DNA of 64,000 bases from Penicillus capitatus. Taxonomy: Eukaryota > Plantae > Chlorophyta. This document shows positions 62,327 to 64,000 of this stretch, one piece after another (the stretch's first letter is position 1; the number at the start of each line of letters is the position of its first letter). Below the pieces are notes generated by a model. The model did not search any database. It saw only the letters and a list, made by a program, of their open reading frames with translations, and was not told where the DNA came from. Position numbers and translations under genes: made by a program. The stretch is from contig OZ287697.1 of assembly GCA_965649825.1 (NCBI GenBank), forward strand, positions 1,970,351 to 2,034,350, in the 5' to 3' direction.

Positions 62327-64000
62327 CAGAAGCGTGTAAACGAAGGACTCGTCAATCACCAAGAACGGCGACGCGCACAAAGCGTTTTGTCACCGCGTCA
62401 CAAGACGGAGTGTCAGACAAAGGTGCGAAGAAAAACCCCGCAGAGTCAGTGTACGTCGATACTGGGGGCAACTTCGGGTGTTCGGGTGGCGAGCTACGCG
62501 GAGAAATTCACAGCAATGGCCAAACATAGTTAAAGGCGAAAACTACAAGACTGTTCTCGCTTAAATACCCAGAAAACCATGTGTCGCGTCATTCGGTAAT
62601 CAATCCTCTCGGCATGATGCGACCTGTCCAGGAAGATGAGTCAGCTGGTTTCCACAGCCAGAGATTTAGTACCCCTTGGACGCCCATGAGAGATCCATTA
62701 CGAGGCAGTCCTTGGCAGTCCTTCGACCAAGAGTTTTTTGTAACAGTTGCCTTACTTTCTTCGGAAGTAGCACAAACCCTTCTCTGAGCCTGACCTTCGT
62801 CGGAAGATCGGTCATGGGAAAAAATGGAGGAGCTTTGTTCGGTTCCGGTTTGACTAATCTTACAAACTCAGCGGAAGTCTTAAGGCGAGATGAAAACATA
62901 CGGTAGACGGTACCGAAAACAAAACTAAAGATGCAGCCAATGGACAGCTCGTTACGACAACAATAAACAACAGATGTTTTTGATAACAGATTGTACGCAA
63001 GAAACAAACACGTGGAACCACCAATAAGAGTCGAAAGATGTTTATATCTTAATCCCTCTCTTTATACTCTTCCAGTGTTGGGACCAATAAGACAAGATAG
63101 GAAACCTTAGGAAGTTTAAGAGTGGCTTCCCCAGTAAGCTTGCTCATCATAAGAATGAAGAGTTTGCCACGAAATTCTAGAAGCTTTCGAGGAACATCAA
63201 CATGAAACACGCTAAGTGGCCAGAGTCCTCGTCATTGCAACTTTGGCCAGTGGGCGGCAAACAGTGTGCCTGGGTGGTATTCGGGTGCGGCAGAATAATC
63301 ACTCGGTCGTCGAAAACGAACAAAGTTGGAGCTCCGATAGTCGTTTGTGCACTAGCTAGATCAACAACGCGACCACAACCTCGAGACGTGAACTCATCTC
63401 TGCGCAATCTCCCCACAACGCATCCTCCTCTTCTGTTCGCGATCGCGTCATATCTGTCAAATCACATCACATCATTACAACAACGGCGAGGCCGATTTGC
63501 ATGTTACATCGGTTCTCGGTTCCCAATTGAGAAATACACCGTTGCTATCGGCGAATCGCATCCCTCTCACTTAACACTAGCGCTTCAGCTGCACTGAGAT
63601 TCTGCAAAGGGGACGATTGCTCACAAGAAAAAAAGACAGGCCCATTTCGTCACACTCCAATCGCTGCACACGAGTGTGATTAAAACTGTGGTCCCCCCAA
63701 CAACAGGCATTTTCCGGAACTAAACATTGGGTTTCTGAAATAGGACGAATATTCAATTTTTCACACGCATTTAAGGATAATTTGGGACTCGGGCAGACAG
63801 CCATACGCAAATGGTGTCTTCCCGTCACTTACAGTGACGACATGATAAAAAAAGATGTGAGACTGAATACACTTCTGTTATCGAAACGGAAAGGGCAAAT
63901 CTGTCGTTTGTCACCGACTGTGACAGTTCAACTATCTTCAAAACACCCATAGCGAGCGTCTTATGATCCCTTACTGACGCAATCCAATCACCGATCTGCC

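Larger units (their letters stand above)
59330..64000. other. AT-richer region of decayed ORFs (probable transposon or pseudogene remnants)
   Basis: No recognisable intact gene. Minus-strand protein-like frames are broken by stops and frameshifts (about 60520-60930 and 61400-61870), and the region contains an internal direct repeat. Confidence 0.55.

Noticed and set aside
63177-63416. Ulp1/C48 protease-like motif (QSCNDEDSGHLACFMLMFLE)
   Set aside because: The catalytic Cys is absent, the spacing is off, there is no upstream HW motif, and another frame reads equally protein-like.

Overview
Eukaryotic nuclear DNA from a compact-genome green alga with a flagellate stage. Evidence: nuclear PSAF and PETF with transit peptides, an ARIA/ABAP1 homolog, a FLOE1/DUF1421 homolog, and the ciliary genes MNS1/FAP127 and DNAAF3. 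About 35 genes are packed into the first 59 kb. Introns are very short (mostly about 38-65 nt), the genetic code is standard, and several divergent gene pairs have start codons only 29-120 bp apart. The last 4.7 kb is AT-richer and holds only decayed ORFs and a dispersed repeat. I found no rRNA, tRNA, CRISPR array or intact transposon, and nothing I can call a new multi-gene system. Most noteworthy: (1) recurrent GC-AG introns with a fixed GCATGT donor; (2) an intronless acetyl-CoA transporter split at a TAATG stop/start overlap; (3) a 76-nt near-perfect hairpin beside a putative splice donor; (4) an intron-retaining DiT2 pseudogene next to a 250-270 bp repeat that also occurs, inverted, at 1.3-1.6 kb; (5) a 121-aa three-exon gene invisible to the ORF track; (6) two AMT1 paralogs, one with Arg at the conserved C-terminal trans-activation Gly. 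Gene models were spliced by eye and family calls are from remembered motifs, not database searches, so exon boundaries and some start codons are approximate.
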